Shown here in pieces: positions 1 to 8,330 of a stretch of 63,171 nt of DNA. This DNA comes from Chromatiales bacterium (GTDB lineage: Bacteria > Pseudomonadota > Gammaproteobacteria > SZUA-152), in contig JALSHB010000112.1 of the NCBI GenBank assembly GCA_026982475.1, positions 1 to 63,171 of the forward strand, in the 5' to 3' direction. Position 1 is the stretch's first letter, and each line of letters opens with the position of its first letter. Made by a program: the position numbers and the translations under genes. Under the pieces are notes generated by a model, which was not told where the DNA came from, ran no database searches, and saw only the letters and a program-made list of their open reading frames with translations.

Positions 1-68
1 GGTGCAAGTGCGCCTCGGTGGTGGTTGGCCGATTTGATCGTTGATGGCATGGCCGGTGAAAACATCAT

Positions 69-133
69 TGTGGGAGCGGCTTCAGCCGCGAAGCATTATC
101 AAGCGTAGCTTCGCGGCTGAAGCCGCTCCCACA
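69..133. repeat. REP-like palindromic element (two inverted 26-nt units, 13-nt loop)
   Basis: TGTGGGAGCGGCTTCAGCCGCGAAGC (69-94) is the exact reverse complement of 108-133. The unit resembles Pseudomonas-type REP (GTGGGAGCGG..CCGCGAA). Confidence 0.8.
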
Positions 134-187
134 TCTCGCAAGTTGCCTAGTCGGCAGCCATTGTACCCTTAAGGATTCACTCAGCGC

Positions 188-1756
188 ATGACCCCTATCG
201 CCCCCCAGCCCCTCAGTCTGACCGCCCTGCGCTGGCTGCTGTTCATTGCCGTGGCCAGCAGCTTTTACCTCAATCTGTGGGCGGTGCCGCTGTTCGATCT
301 CGACGAGGGCGCCTTCAGCGAGGCGACGCGGGAGATGCTCGAGCGCGGCGATTTCATCTCCACCTGGCTCGACGGCCAGCCGCGCTATGACAAGCCGATT
401 CTGATCTACTGGTTCCAGGCGCTGTCGGTGGCGCTGTTCGGCGTCAACGAGTTCGCCTTCCGCCTGCCCTCGGCGCTGGCTGCTACCGGCTGGGTGCTGG
501 CGGTGTGGTTTTTTCTGCGCCGGGTGCGTGACGAGCGCACGGGCCTGATCGCCGCCATCATCACCGCCACGGCGCTGGAGGTGTCGATCATGTCGCGCGC
601 CGCCACCGCCGATGCGTTGCTCAATTTCTTCATCGCCAGTTCCATGTTCAGCCTGTTTCTCTACTGGCGGGAGCGCGAGCGGCGCTGGCTGTTGCTGACC
701 TTCGGCCTCATCGGCCTGGGCTTTCTCACCAAGGGGCCGGTGGCGGTGCTGGTGCCGCTGGCGACGAGCTTCATCTTCTTCGCCGTGCAGCGCGAGCTGA
801 AGGCCTGGCTGCGCATGGTGTTCGATCCCGCCGGCATCGCCCTGTTTCTCGCCGTGGCCCTGCCCTGGTACGTGGCGCAATATCTGAAGCAGGGCGATGC
901 CTTCATCCAGGGCTTCTTCTTCAAGCACAATATCGAGCGCTTTTCCGATCCCATGGAGAGCCACGGTGGCGGCCTGCTGTATTACGTCCCGGTGGTGTTG
1001 CTGGCGGTGTTGCCGTATACCGGCGTGCTGATCGCCGCCCTGTGGCGGGTCAAGGCGCTGTGGCGCGACGAACTGACCCGCTTCGCCCTGATCTGGTTCC
1101 TGTTCGTGCTGGCCTTCTTTTCACTTTCCGGCACCAAGCTGCCGCACTATGTGCTGTATGGTCTCACCGGCACCTTCATCTTCATGGCGGTGCGCTTCGA
1201 AGGCCTGCGTGCGCGACGGTGGCTGTTCCTGCCACAGCTGATCTTCTTCAGCGTGCTGCTGTTGCTGCCGGACATCATCAAAGGTGTGCTGCCGGCCATC
1301 GACGATGACTACGCGCGCGCTGTGTTGTCCGATTACCCCGCCCACTTCGGCCTGCCGTGGCGGCTGTTTTTCGTCGCCGCCATCATGTTCACCATTTTCT
1401 GCATGGGTGAACGACGATTTACCATCGGCGACAAGCTGCTGGCCAGCGGCGTGGTGTCGGTGCTGGGCATCTCGCTGTTCCTGCTGCCGGCCATCGGCGG
1501 CATGCAGCAGGGGCCGGTGAAGGCGGCGGCGCAGATCGCCAATGCGCAGGGCCTGACGGTGATCCGCTGGCACCTCAACACGCCCAGCTTCAGCGTCTAC
1601 ACGCAGCGGGTGACCGAGACCCGCACGCCGCGCGCCGGCGACGTGGTGCTGACCAAGCCCCATTTTCTGGGCAGGTTGCCCGAGGGGCTGCGGGTCAGTG
1701 AGATTATCTATCGTCGCGGGGGTGTGGCGCTGGTGCGGGTGGGTGCAGCGGAGTGA
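188..1756 (+). CDS. Glycosyltransferase family 39 (ArnT/PMT-like lipid-linked sugar transferase), polytopic membrane protein
   Basis: 522-aa ORF. N-terminal LFDLDEGAFSEATREMLERGDFISTWLDGQPRYDKPILIYWFQA matches the ArnT/GT39 periplasmic-loop signature, and there are many TM segments. Confidence 0.8.
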   Translation: MTPIAPQPLSLTALRWLLFIAVASSFYLNLWAVPLFDLDEGAFSEATREMLERGDFISTWLDGQPRYDKPILIYWFQALSVALFGVNEFAFRLPSALAATGWVLAVWFFLRRVRDERTGLIAAIITATALEVSIMSRAATADALLNFFIASSMFSLFLYWRERERRWLLLTFGLIGLGFLTKGPVAVLVPLATSFIFFAVQRELKAWLRMVFDPAGIALFLAVALPWYVAQYLKQGDAFIQGFFFKHNIERFSDPMESHGGGLLYYVPVVLLAVLPYTGVLIAALWRVKALWRDELTRFALIWFLFVLAFFSLSGTKLPHYVLYGLTGTFIFMAVRFEGLRARRWLFLPQLIFFSVLLLLPDIIKGVLPAIDDDYARAVLSDYPAHFGLPWRLFFVAAIMFTIFCMGERRFTIGDKLLASGVVSVLGISLFLLPAIGGMQQGPVKAAAQIANAQGLTVIRWHLNTPSFSVYTQRVTETRTPRAGDVVLTKPHFLGRLPEGLRVSEIIYRRGGVALVRVGAAE

Positions 1757-2176
1757 GTGTTTGCTCTGTTGTCTGCCACAAAGGCACGGAGGACACAGAG
1801 AAAGACGATCAAAAGCCCAGTGCTGGCGACACCGCTCCGCGGTGTCACAAGTTCTAATGTTATTGCCCTGAAAATTGTAGGAGCGGACCCTTGGGCCGCG
1901 ATGGTTTTTTCACCCTTGGCATCGCGGCCCAAGGGCCCGCTCCTACAACACGATACCCCGTCAGCTTGCTGCGGGGTGGTTTATTTACCACAGAGGCGCG
2001 GAGGGCACAGAGAACAACAATGATTGGCTCTCGCTAAGCCGCCAAGGGTGCAAAGAAAAGTAGAAGCCATTCATTTCTTTGCTTTGCTTTGCGTCTCTGC
2101 GCTTTTGCGCTTCCGCCGCGAAGAGGGCTGGGACCATTTTTCGCGGTTGAAGCCGCGGTGGCTCGTTTCTACAAAC
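1757..2176. repeat. Repeat-dense intergenic block (CACAGAG/CAAAGG-type units plus a REP pair)
   Basis: Units are CCACAAAGGCACGGAGGACACAGAGAAA (1776-1803) and CCACAGAGGCGCGGAGGGCACAGAGAAC (1988-2015). A reverse-type TTTGCTTTGCGTCTCTGCGCTTTTGCGC sits at about 2075-2112, a REP pair at 1875-1948, and a degenerate REP at about 2128-2165. Confidence 0.75.
1875..1948. repeat. REP-like inverted pair (28-nt arms, 1 mismatch, 18-nt loop)
   Basis: TTGTAGGAGCGGACCCTTGGGCCGCGAT (1875-1902) pairs with ATCGCGGCCCAAGGGCCCGCTCCTACAA (1921-1948). Confidence 0.8.
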
Positions 2177-2932
2177 TCAGTGGTGCCGGTCGCGCCACAG
2201 GGTCGTACCCAATCCCACCACGGCCGCCGTGCCGATCGACCATTGCAGCCACTGCGCCTGCGGGTAGCCGGTGTCGTGGAGGGAGAGCAGGGCCACGGCG
2301 CAGAGCAGGAAGAAGATGCGGATGCCGCGCGCCGGGCCGGGGCGCACGCCCCAGTCCCAGCGATCCGCCAACCGGCAGCCGATGACCGCCGCCAGCCAGC
2401 CGCCGAAGGCGCCGGCGAACAGGTCCAGCGGCCAGTGGGCGCCCACCGCCGCGCGGGAAATCCCCGCCAGTACCGCCATCAGCAGCAGTGCCGCGGCCTG
2501 CCAGCGTGGTGTGCCACTCAGCAGGAACACCCCGGCCAGGGTGAAGGCCGTGGCGGTGTGGCCGGAGGGGAAGGAGCCGCTGCGCAGGGCGTGGCCGATG
2601 ACGTGTACCTGGCCCTCGCCCAGCACCGCCAGGGGCCGCAGGATCTCCGCCAGGGGCTTGATGCCATGCACCCACAGGGTGGCGAACACGGCCGCTAGCA
2701 GCAGGCGCCAGAGGATGTCCGGGCGATGGCGCGCCAGCAGGCCGGCCAGGGCGATGGCCACCAGGGTGTCGCCGAGGATGGTGAGGCTGGCCCAGAGGGT
2801 GTCGCTGGTGAGCGGGCCGAGGCGGTTGAGGAGGCGGAACAGGGCCTCGTTGCTGCCGGTGGCGGCGACGGCGGCGAAGCCCAGCAGGCACAGCAGGGGG
2901 ATGAGCCACTCGCGGGTGTCGGGCCGCTTCAT
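2177..2932 (-). CDS. PAP2-family membrane phosphatase (lipid phosphate / lipid A phosphatase-like)
   Basis: 251-aa ORF with PAP2 motifs SFPSGHTATAF and SRAAVGAHWPLD and multiple TM helices. Confidence 0.8.
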   Translation of the reverse strand: MKRPDTREWLIPLLCLLGFAAVAATGSNEALFRLLNRLGPLTSDTLWASLTILGDTLVAIALAGLLARHRPDILWRLLLAAVFATLWVHGIKPLAEILRPLAVLGEGQVHVIGHALRSGSFPSGHTATAFTLAGVFLLSGTPRWQAAALLLMAVLAGISRAAVGAHWPLDLFAGAFGGWLAAVIGCRLADRWDWGVRPGPARGIRIFFLLCAVALLSLHDTGYPQAQWLQWSIGTAAVVGLGTTLWRDRHH

Positions 2933-3591
2933 GTCTGCCCGGCTTCGAGGGTGAGGGGGGCATTCAGCGGCTGGCCGTCCAGCCAGGCACGGCCGTCCTC
3001 GCCCAGCCGCAGCCGCCCCTCGGCGAACCAGCGGATGGCCTCGGGGTAGATGCGGTGTTCCTGTTCCAGCACCCGTGCCGCCAGTTGTTGCGGGCTGTCG
3101 TCGGCGTGCACCGGCACGCGCGCCTGCAGCACCACCGGTCCGCCGTCCAGCTCGGCGGTGACGAAGTGCACGCTGGCGCCGTGCTCGTCGGCGTTTTCCT
3201 CGATGGCGCGGCGGTGGGTGTGCAGGCCCTTGAAGTCGGGCAGCAGTGAGGGGTGGATGTTGAGCATGCGCCCGGCGTAGTGGCGGGTGAAGGCGTCGGT
3301 GAGCAGGCGCATGAAGCCGGCCAGCACCACCAGCCCGGGCTGGAAGCGGTCGATGAGCGTCATCAGCGCGCGGTCGTAGTCCTCGCGGCTGGCGAAGGCG
3401 GTGTGGTCCAGCACCTCGGTGGCGATGCCGGCGTCCTTGGCGCGTTGCAGGCCCCGGGCATCGGCGCGGTTGCTGATCACGGCGCGGATCTCCACCGGCA
3501 GCTCGCCGCGCGCCGCGGCGTCGATGATGGCCTGCAGGTTGCTGCCGCTGCCGGAGATGAGGACGACGATGGGGAGTCTGGATTGCGGCAT
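2929..3591 (-). CDS. purN: Phosphoribosylglycinamide formyltransferase
   Basis: 220 aa. It has VVLISGSGSNLQAIIDA, NIHPSLLP and HFVTAELDGGPV motifs and lies downstream of purM. Confidence 0.92.
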   Translation of the reverse strand: MPQSRLPIVVLISGSGSNLQAIIDAAARGELPVEIRAVISNRADARGLQRAKDAGIATEVLDHTAFASREDYDRALMTLIDRFQPGLVVLAGFMRLLTDAFTRHYAGRMLNIHPSLLPDFKGLHTHRRAIEENADEHGASVHFVTAELDGGPVVLQARVPVHADDSPQQLAARVLEQEHRIYPEAIRWFAEGRLRLGEDGRAWLDGQPLNAPLTLEAGQT

Positions 3592-3805
3592 GGTTTTTGT
3601 GGTTGTTTTTGGGCTGGAAAGTTAACGCAAAGGGCGCAAAGGCGCAGAGGACGCAAAGAATTTTTTATGTTTGTCTCTGCGACCTTTGCGCCTTTGCGTC
3701 CTCCGCGTTCCTGTCGTCAGGCTCGAAAAAAGTCTTGTGAATCGTAGGGTGGGCACCGCCCACCAGCGGAGTAGAGAAATGGTGGGCGGTGCCCACCCTA
3801 CGGTT
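3592..3805. repeat. Repeat-filled purM-purN spacer
   Basis: AACGCAAAGGGCGCAAAGGCGCAGAGGACGCAAAGAA (3624-3660) is followed by its inverted partner at 3671-3709 and a perfect 22-bp inverted pair at 3743-3802. Confidence 0.75.
3743..3802. repeat. Palindromic element, perfect 22-bp arms CGTAGGGTGGGCACCGCCCACC, 16-nt loop
   Basis: 3743-3764 is the exact reverse complement of 3781-3802. Each arm is itself a small hairpin (GTGGGC-ACC-GCCCAC). It lies directly 3' of the purM stop. Confidence 0.8.
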
Positions 3806-4930
3806 TCAGTCGATGGTGACCTGCTCGCCATCGCCTTTTGCGGCCTCGATTCTGCCGATGACGCTGGCGCTTTCGTCCTCTTCGGCGAGCACGGCGAGGG
3901 TCTGCCCGACGTCGGCCTCGTTCACGCACAGCACCATGCCCACGCCGCAGTTGAAAGTGCGGTACATCTCGGCGTCGGTGACGTTGCCCTGCTGCTGCAG
4001 CCAGTCGAAGATGGCCGGGCGTTGCCAGCTGCCGGCGTCGATGACGGCGCGGGTGCCGGCGGGCATCACCCGCGGCAGGTTTTCCAGCAGGCCGCCGCCG
4101 GTGATGTGGGCCAGGGCGTGTACCTCCACGTCGGCCAGCAAGGCCAGCAGGGGCTTGACGTAGATGCGGGTGGGCTCGAGCAGGGTCTCGCCGAGGCTGC
4201 GGCCTTCGAAGGGCTGGGACAGCTCGGCGCCGCTGACCTCGATGATCTTGCGGATCAGGGAATAGCCGTTGGAATGCGGACCGCTGGCGGCCAGGCCGAT
4301 GAGCACGTCGCCGGCGGCCACCTTGCTGCCGTCGAGGATCTTGCTCTTTTCCACCACGCCGACGCAGAAGCCGGCCAGGTCGTAATCGTCGCCGGCGTAC
4401 ATGCCGGGCATCTCGGCGGTCTCGCCGCCCACCAGGGCGCAAGCGGCCCGCTGGCAGCCTTCGCCGATGCCGCTGATGACGGCTTCGGCCATCTCCAGCG
4501 AGAGTTTGCCGGTGGCGTAGTAGTCGAGGAAATACAGCGGCTCGGCGCCGGCGACGATGAGGTCGTTGACGCACATGGCCACCAGGTCGATGCCGATGGT
4601 GTCGTGCTTGCCCACGTCCATGGCCAGCTTGAGCTTGGTGCCAACGCCGTCGGTGCCGGATACCAGCACCGGCTGCTGGTAGCGGTCGGTGGGGATCTCG
4701 AACAGGGCGCCGAAGCCGCCGATGCTGTCCAGCACTCCGGGGCGGCGGGTGGCTCGGGCGATGGGCTTGATGCGCTCCACCAGCTGGTTGCCGGCATGGA
4801 TGTCGACACCGGCGTCGCGGTAGCTGAGGGAGGCGGGTGGGTTTTTGTCGTCGCTGCTGCTCACGGGAAGTCCTGTCGCTGGAGCCGCCACCGGTTGGGG
4901 GCGGAAAAAAGGGGCGTCATGGTAGCGCAC
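3806..4930 (-). CDS. purM: Phosphoribosylformylglycinamidine cyclo-ligase (AIR synthetase)
   Basis: [22 protein letters not shown] and the DGVGTKL motif are present. The ORF-track start at 4930 gives 374 aa. An in-frame GTG at 4864 ([10 protein letters not shown]...) would give a more typical ~352 aa. Confidence 0.9.
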   Translation of the reverse strand: MRYHDAPFFRPQPVAAPATGLPVSSSDDKNPPASLSYRDAGVDIHAGNQLVERIKPIARATRRPGVLDSIGGFGALFEIPTDRYQQPVLVSGTDGVGTKLKLAMDVGKHDTIGIDLVAMCVNDLIVAGAEPLYFLDYYATGKLSLEMAEAVISGIGEGCQRAACALVGGETAEMPGMYAGDDYDLAGFCVGVVEKSKILDGSKVAAGDVLIGLAASGPHSNGYSLIRKIIEVSGAELSQPFEGRSLGETLLEPTRIYVKPLLALLADVEVHALAHITGGGLLENLPRVMPAGTRAVIDAGSWQRPAIFDWLQQQGNVTDAEMYRTFNCGVGMVLCVNEADVGQTLAVLAEEDESASVIGRIEAAKGDGEQVTID

Positions 4931-4995
4931 AGCCGGCCGGCTGTCACAGCGGCCGGGTGTGCGTCGGCAGGGTGTTGTTTCAGGGGGCGGCTGGC

Positions 4996-5460
4996 TTAGT
5001 AGCGCCGGAACAGCTCCACCCGGCCCTTGTGGTCGAAGGACAGCACGTCATAGTCCTTGGGCGGCAGTCCTTCGGGCTGCATGCCCGGTGACTTCTGCGG
5101 CATGCCAGGGGCGGTGAGACCGAGAATGTCGGGTTTTTCCCTGAGCAGGCGCTTGATGTCGGCTGCTGGAACATGACCCTCCACGACGTAACCTTCAACC
5201 AGCGCGGTGTGGCAGGACTGGAGCTTTCTGCTGACGCCGTAATTGATCTTTATTTCCGGCATGTTGTCATGGTCTTTCGCGATAACCTCAAAGCCTTCCG
5301 CGCGCAGGTGGTCGATCCAGTGGTCGCAGCAGCCGCAGGACTTGTCCTTGTACACGGTGATCTGAGTCGCCGGTTGGCGTGTCTCTGCGCTGGTTTGGGT
5401 GCCCGCGAGCAGGCAAGTGACGGCTGTGACGAGGAGAAAAATCGATATTCTGGTCTTCAT
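4996..5460 (-). CDS. DUF411 (CopG-like) periplasmic metal-binding protein
   Basis: 154 aa with a signal peptide. The [18 protein letters not shown] motif is typical of DUF411 copper-resistance-associated proteins. Confidence 0.75.
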   Translation of the reverse strand: MKTRISIFLLVTAVTCLLAGTQTSAETRQPATQITVYKDKSCGCCDHWIDHLRAEGFEVIAKDHDNMPEIKINYGVSRKLQSCHTALVEGYVVEGHVPAADIKRLLREKPDILGLTAPGMPQKSPGMQPEGLPPKDYDVLSFDHKGRVELFRRY

Positions 5461-5702
5461 GGGTTGTCCTGGGAGAGCATGTGATTGGCGTAGGGTCGGA
5501 TTATAACCTCACGTGTCGGGCGTGGGAAAACGGACTAGCGAAACCATTCCTGACCCACTGGCTGTGATCGAATCTGAGCCCATGGGTTGAGCGGGCATTT
5601 TTTGCAAGCGCAGTGGAATCAAGAGCTTGTGCTACGTGCCGTCATGAAGGTACGGATTCAGGTTGAAGTCAGGGCTGGGTCTTGCCTTGTGGCACTCGTC
5701 TG

Positions 5703-6527
5703 TCAGGGTGGGGCATTGAGATTTTTGCTGCGGTCGATGTAGGTATAGGGCATTTGATAGTAATTGAAGAACCTGGCCGTCTTCCTGTGTGACAGCTTGT
5801 TGAACACATGAGACAGGTTGATGCCCACGGCGACATAGATATTTCTTTCCCGGTTCTCCTGTGCCCAGGGCGAATAGTTGTGCGTGTAATAGCCCAACTG
5901 AAGATCCAGATACCGGAGGTATTTGTTGCGCACGGCGCGGATGCCATCCAGTTTGAGCGCGGCGAGGAATCTCATGTTTTCGTAATCGGTAAAGATGTCG
6001 CGCTGTCCGCCGGGGATGTATTCCACGCGGAAATCGATCCTCCTGGCGAGCGCCGGCTGGGTGCGGAAGACGTAACCGGTGATGGCGCCCAGCGTGTTCA
6101 TGATGAAATCCTGGCGCGAAAACCCATGGCCGCCAAAGGAGTCGCCGAATTCCATGAACCCCATCAGGCCGAAGGCCGAGAGCGCACCCAGCCGGGCGGC
6201 GTGTCGTCTTTCGTAACCCCAGGATTGATAGAGGGAGGAGAGTCCGTGGGCGAGGGTGTAATTGGCGTAGAAATGCCCCAGCTTGTCCATGCCGGCGTGC
6301 TTGTCGTCTTTTCCGAACCAGCCGTCGCTCTCCATGTGCGGGCGTTGTGAGCCATAGTCCCAGGTGGTGATGCCCCAGGCGGATATCAGGGCCATGCCCG
6401 CCACGTTGCTCCAGACGACCTTGTCCTCCTTCGCCAGGGTGGTCGAGCGCGGCTGATCATCGCTCGCCGACAGCGGCGCGGTGAACAGGGCGCCGGCCAG
6501 CAAGAGGCTGTGTCTTCCGTATTTCAT
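5703..6527 (-). CDS. Hypothetical exported protein, possibly outer membrane (weak DUF2279-like DK..GH motif)
   Basis: 274 aa with N-terminal signal peptide MKYGRHSLLLAGALFTAPLSA. It has GMDKLGHFYANY and an aromatic-rich C-terminal half. The family assignment is from memory only. Confidence 0.55.
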   Translation of the reverse strand: MKYGRHSLLLAGALFTAPLSASDDQPRSTTLAKEDKVVWSNVAGMALISAWGITTWDYGSQRPHMESDGWFGKDDKHAGMDKLGHFYANYTLAHGLSSLYQSWGYERRHAARLGALSAFGLMGFMEFGDSFGGHGFSRQDFIMNTLGAITGYVFRTQPALARRIDFRVEYIPGGQRDIFTDYENMRFLAALKLDGIRAVRNKYLRYLDLQLGYYTHNYSPWAQENRERNIYVAVGINLSHVFNKLSHRKTARFFNYYQMPYTYIDRSKNLNAPP

Positions 6528-6607
6528 GTCCTTAATCTAGCCCAAATTTCCGCGCGGAGCCCTCGCCGCGCCTGGCGTGTCCCCGTGGGAGAGGGAAACC
6601 TTGCCGG

Positions 6608-7750
6608 TTGACTTGTGTGAAGTCGTCGCATAGCGTGCGCCTCATGAGCAAATCCATGATTTTCCGGCTCTTGCTGGCCCTGTGTCTGCTGCCCACGATG
6701 GCCCTGGGCGCGGAGGTGCGGGGGCTGTACGAGGCCGAGATGCTGGTGCCGAACCAGACCCGCAGCGAGCGCGGCCTGGCCATGGCGGCGGCGCTGGCGG
6801 AGGTGGTGACCAAGGTCAGCGGCCGCCGCGATGCGCGCCTGCGGCCCAGGGTGGCGCAGGCCATCCGCCGCCCGGCGCAGCTGTTGCAGCAGTACCGCTA
6901 CCGGGTGTTGCCGGAACACAGGCGCGGTGAAGCGATCCCCGGCGATGATCCGCAGCTGGTGTTTTTCCAGTTTGACAAAAAGGCCGTGGACAAACTGCTG
7001 CGCGACAGTGGCCTGCCGGTGTGGGGCGCGACACGCCCCACGGTGCTGGCCTGGCTGGCGGTGGAGGATGGCGGGCGGCGCTACCTGCTGGGCGCCGACA
7101 GTCCCGACGAGCTGCGTCGGCTGGTGACGCGCGAGGCCAGACGGCGCGGCCTGTCGTTGCTGTTGCCGCTGCTGGACCTGCAGGACCAGCGCCAGCTGAG
7201 CTTTGCCGATGTCTGGGGCCGCTTCCGCGATCCGCTGCTTGCCGCCTCGCGGCGCTATCGTCCGGAGGCGGTGCTGGCGGGGCGGCTGCAGCGCACCGCG
7301 GAGGGTGAATGGCAGGCGGACTGGTGGATTATCGAGGGCCGGGACAGCGAGCAGTGGCGCGCCAATGGCGTGCTGCCGGCGGAGGTGGTGGAAGAGGGCA
7401 TGGCCGGCGCCGTGAGCTGGCTGGCGCAGCGCTATGCGCCGCTGACTGCCGGCCGTGAGGAAGGCCACCTGCGGGTCACGGTGGAGGGGGTGCGCAGCCT
7501 GGCCGATTTCGCCCGCGTGGAGGGCTATCTGCAGTCCCTGCAGCAGGTGAAACACGTGCGCGTCCGCCAGCTGGGGGCGGGGCGGGTCGACTTCGGGCTG
7601 GCGTTGCAGGGCTCGCCCGAGGGGGTGGCGCAGACCATCGCCCTCGGCCAGATGCTGGCCCCGGCCGCGGCGCCGGCCGAGACGGCGGGAATCGATGTGC
7701 CGCCCGACCGCCCGGCGGCCGATAGCCAGCATTACCTGCTCCGTCACTGA
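6608..7750 (+). CDS. DUF2066 domain-containing exported protein
   Basis: The signal peptide is followed by VRGLYEAEMLVPNQTRSERGLAMAAALAEVVTKVSG. Its position between purM and the perM/hda block is as in other gammaproteobacteria. The likely true start is ATG 6644 (MSKSMIFRLLL). Confidence 0.75.
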   Translation: MTCVKSSHSVRLMSKSMIFRLLLALCLLPTMALGAEVRGLYEAEMLVPNQTRSERGLAMAAALAEVVTKVSGRRDARLRPRVAQAIRRPAQLLQQYRYRVLPEHRRGEAIPGDDPQLVFFQFDKKAVDKLLRDSGLPVWGATRPTVLAWLAVEDGGRRYLLGADSPDELRRLVTREARRRGLSLLLPLLDLQDQRQLSFADVWGRFRDPLLAASRRYRPEAVLAGRLQRTAEGEWQADWWIIEGRDSEQWRANGVLPAEVVEEGMAGAVSWLAQRYAPLTAGREEGHLRVTVEGVRSLADFARVEGYLQSLQQVKHVRVRQLGAGRVDFGLALQGSPEGVAQTIALGQMLAPAAAPAETAGIDVPPDRPAADSQHYLLRH

Positions 7751-7776
7751 GCGCCACCGAGGCCCTTCCGAGACCC

Positions 7777-8322
7777 GTGCGGCATATCCCCAACATCATC
7801 TCCGCCCTGCGCATCCTGCTGGTGATCCCGGTGGTGGTGCTGCTGCTGGAGCATCAGTACGGCGCGGCGCTGATCCTGTTCGCCATCGCCGGCATCTCCG
7901 ACGGGGTGGACGGCTTTCTCGCCAAGCACTTCGGCTGGCAGTCGCGGCTGGGCTCCATTCTCGATCCGCTGGCCGACAAGCTGCTGCTGGTGTGCGCCTT
8001 TCTGAGCCTCGCCTGGCTGGGACTGATCCCCCTGCCGCTGGTGGTGGCGGTGATGCTGCGTGATCTGGTGATCGTGCTGGGTGCCATCGCCCTCCATTAC
8101 CGCTACGGCCGCTTCGAGATGCAGCCCACCCGGGTCAGCAAGGTCAATACCTTCTTCCAGATCGTGCTGGTGCTGGCGGTGGTGTTTCATTACGGAGAAT
8201 TTGCCCGCATCCCCTGGATTGTCGAAGCCCTGGTGTATATCGTGTGGGCCACGACGCTGATCAGCGGCGCCAATTACGTATGGATCTGGGGTCGCCGCGT
8301 CCTGGCGACGCCGAATCGCTAA
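7777..8322 (+). CDS. CDP-alcohol phosphatidyltransferase family protein (PgsA-like)
   Basis: 181 aa carrying the D-G-x2-A-R/K...G...D-x3-D motif (SDGVDGFLAKHFGWQSRLGSILDPLADKLL). Confidence 0.85.
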   Translation: MRHIPNIISALRILLVIPVVVLLLEHQYGAALILFAIAGISDGVDGFLAKHFGWQSRLGSILDPLADKLLLVCAFLSLAWLGLIPLPLVVAVMLRDLVIVLGAIALHYRYGRFEMQPTRVSKVNTFFQIVLVLAVVFHYGEFARIPWIVEALVYIVWATTLISGANYVWIWGRRVLATPNR

Positions 8323-8330
8323 AGGCACTG

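Noticed and set aside
65-964. 299-aa minus-strand ORF at the window start, and similar long alternative-frame ORFs at 3671-4999, 6524-7747, 8340-9347, 12076-13168, 13357-14391 and 47117-48484
   Set aside because: Each overlaps, in antisense or an alternative frame, a gene with a confident homology-based call. All have an Arg/Gly/Pro/Ala/His-rich composition typical of non-coding frames in GC-rich DNA.
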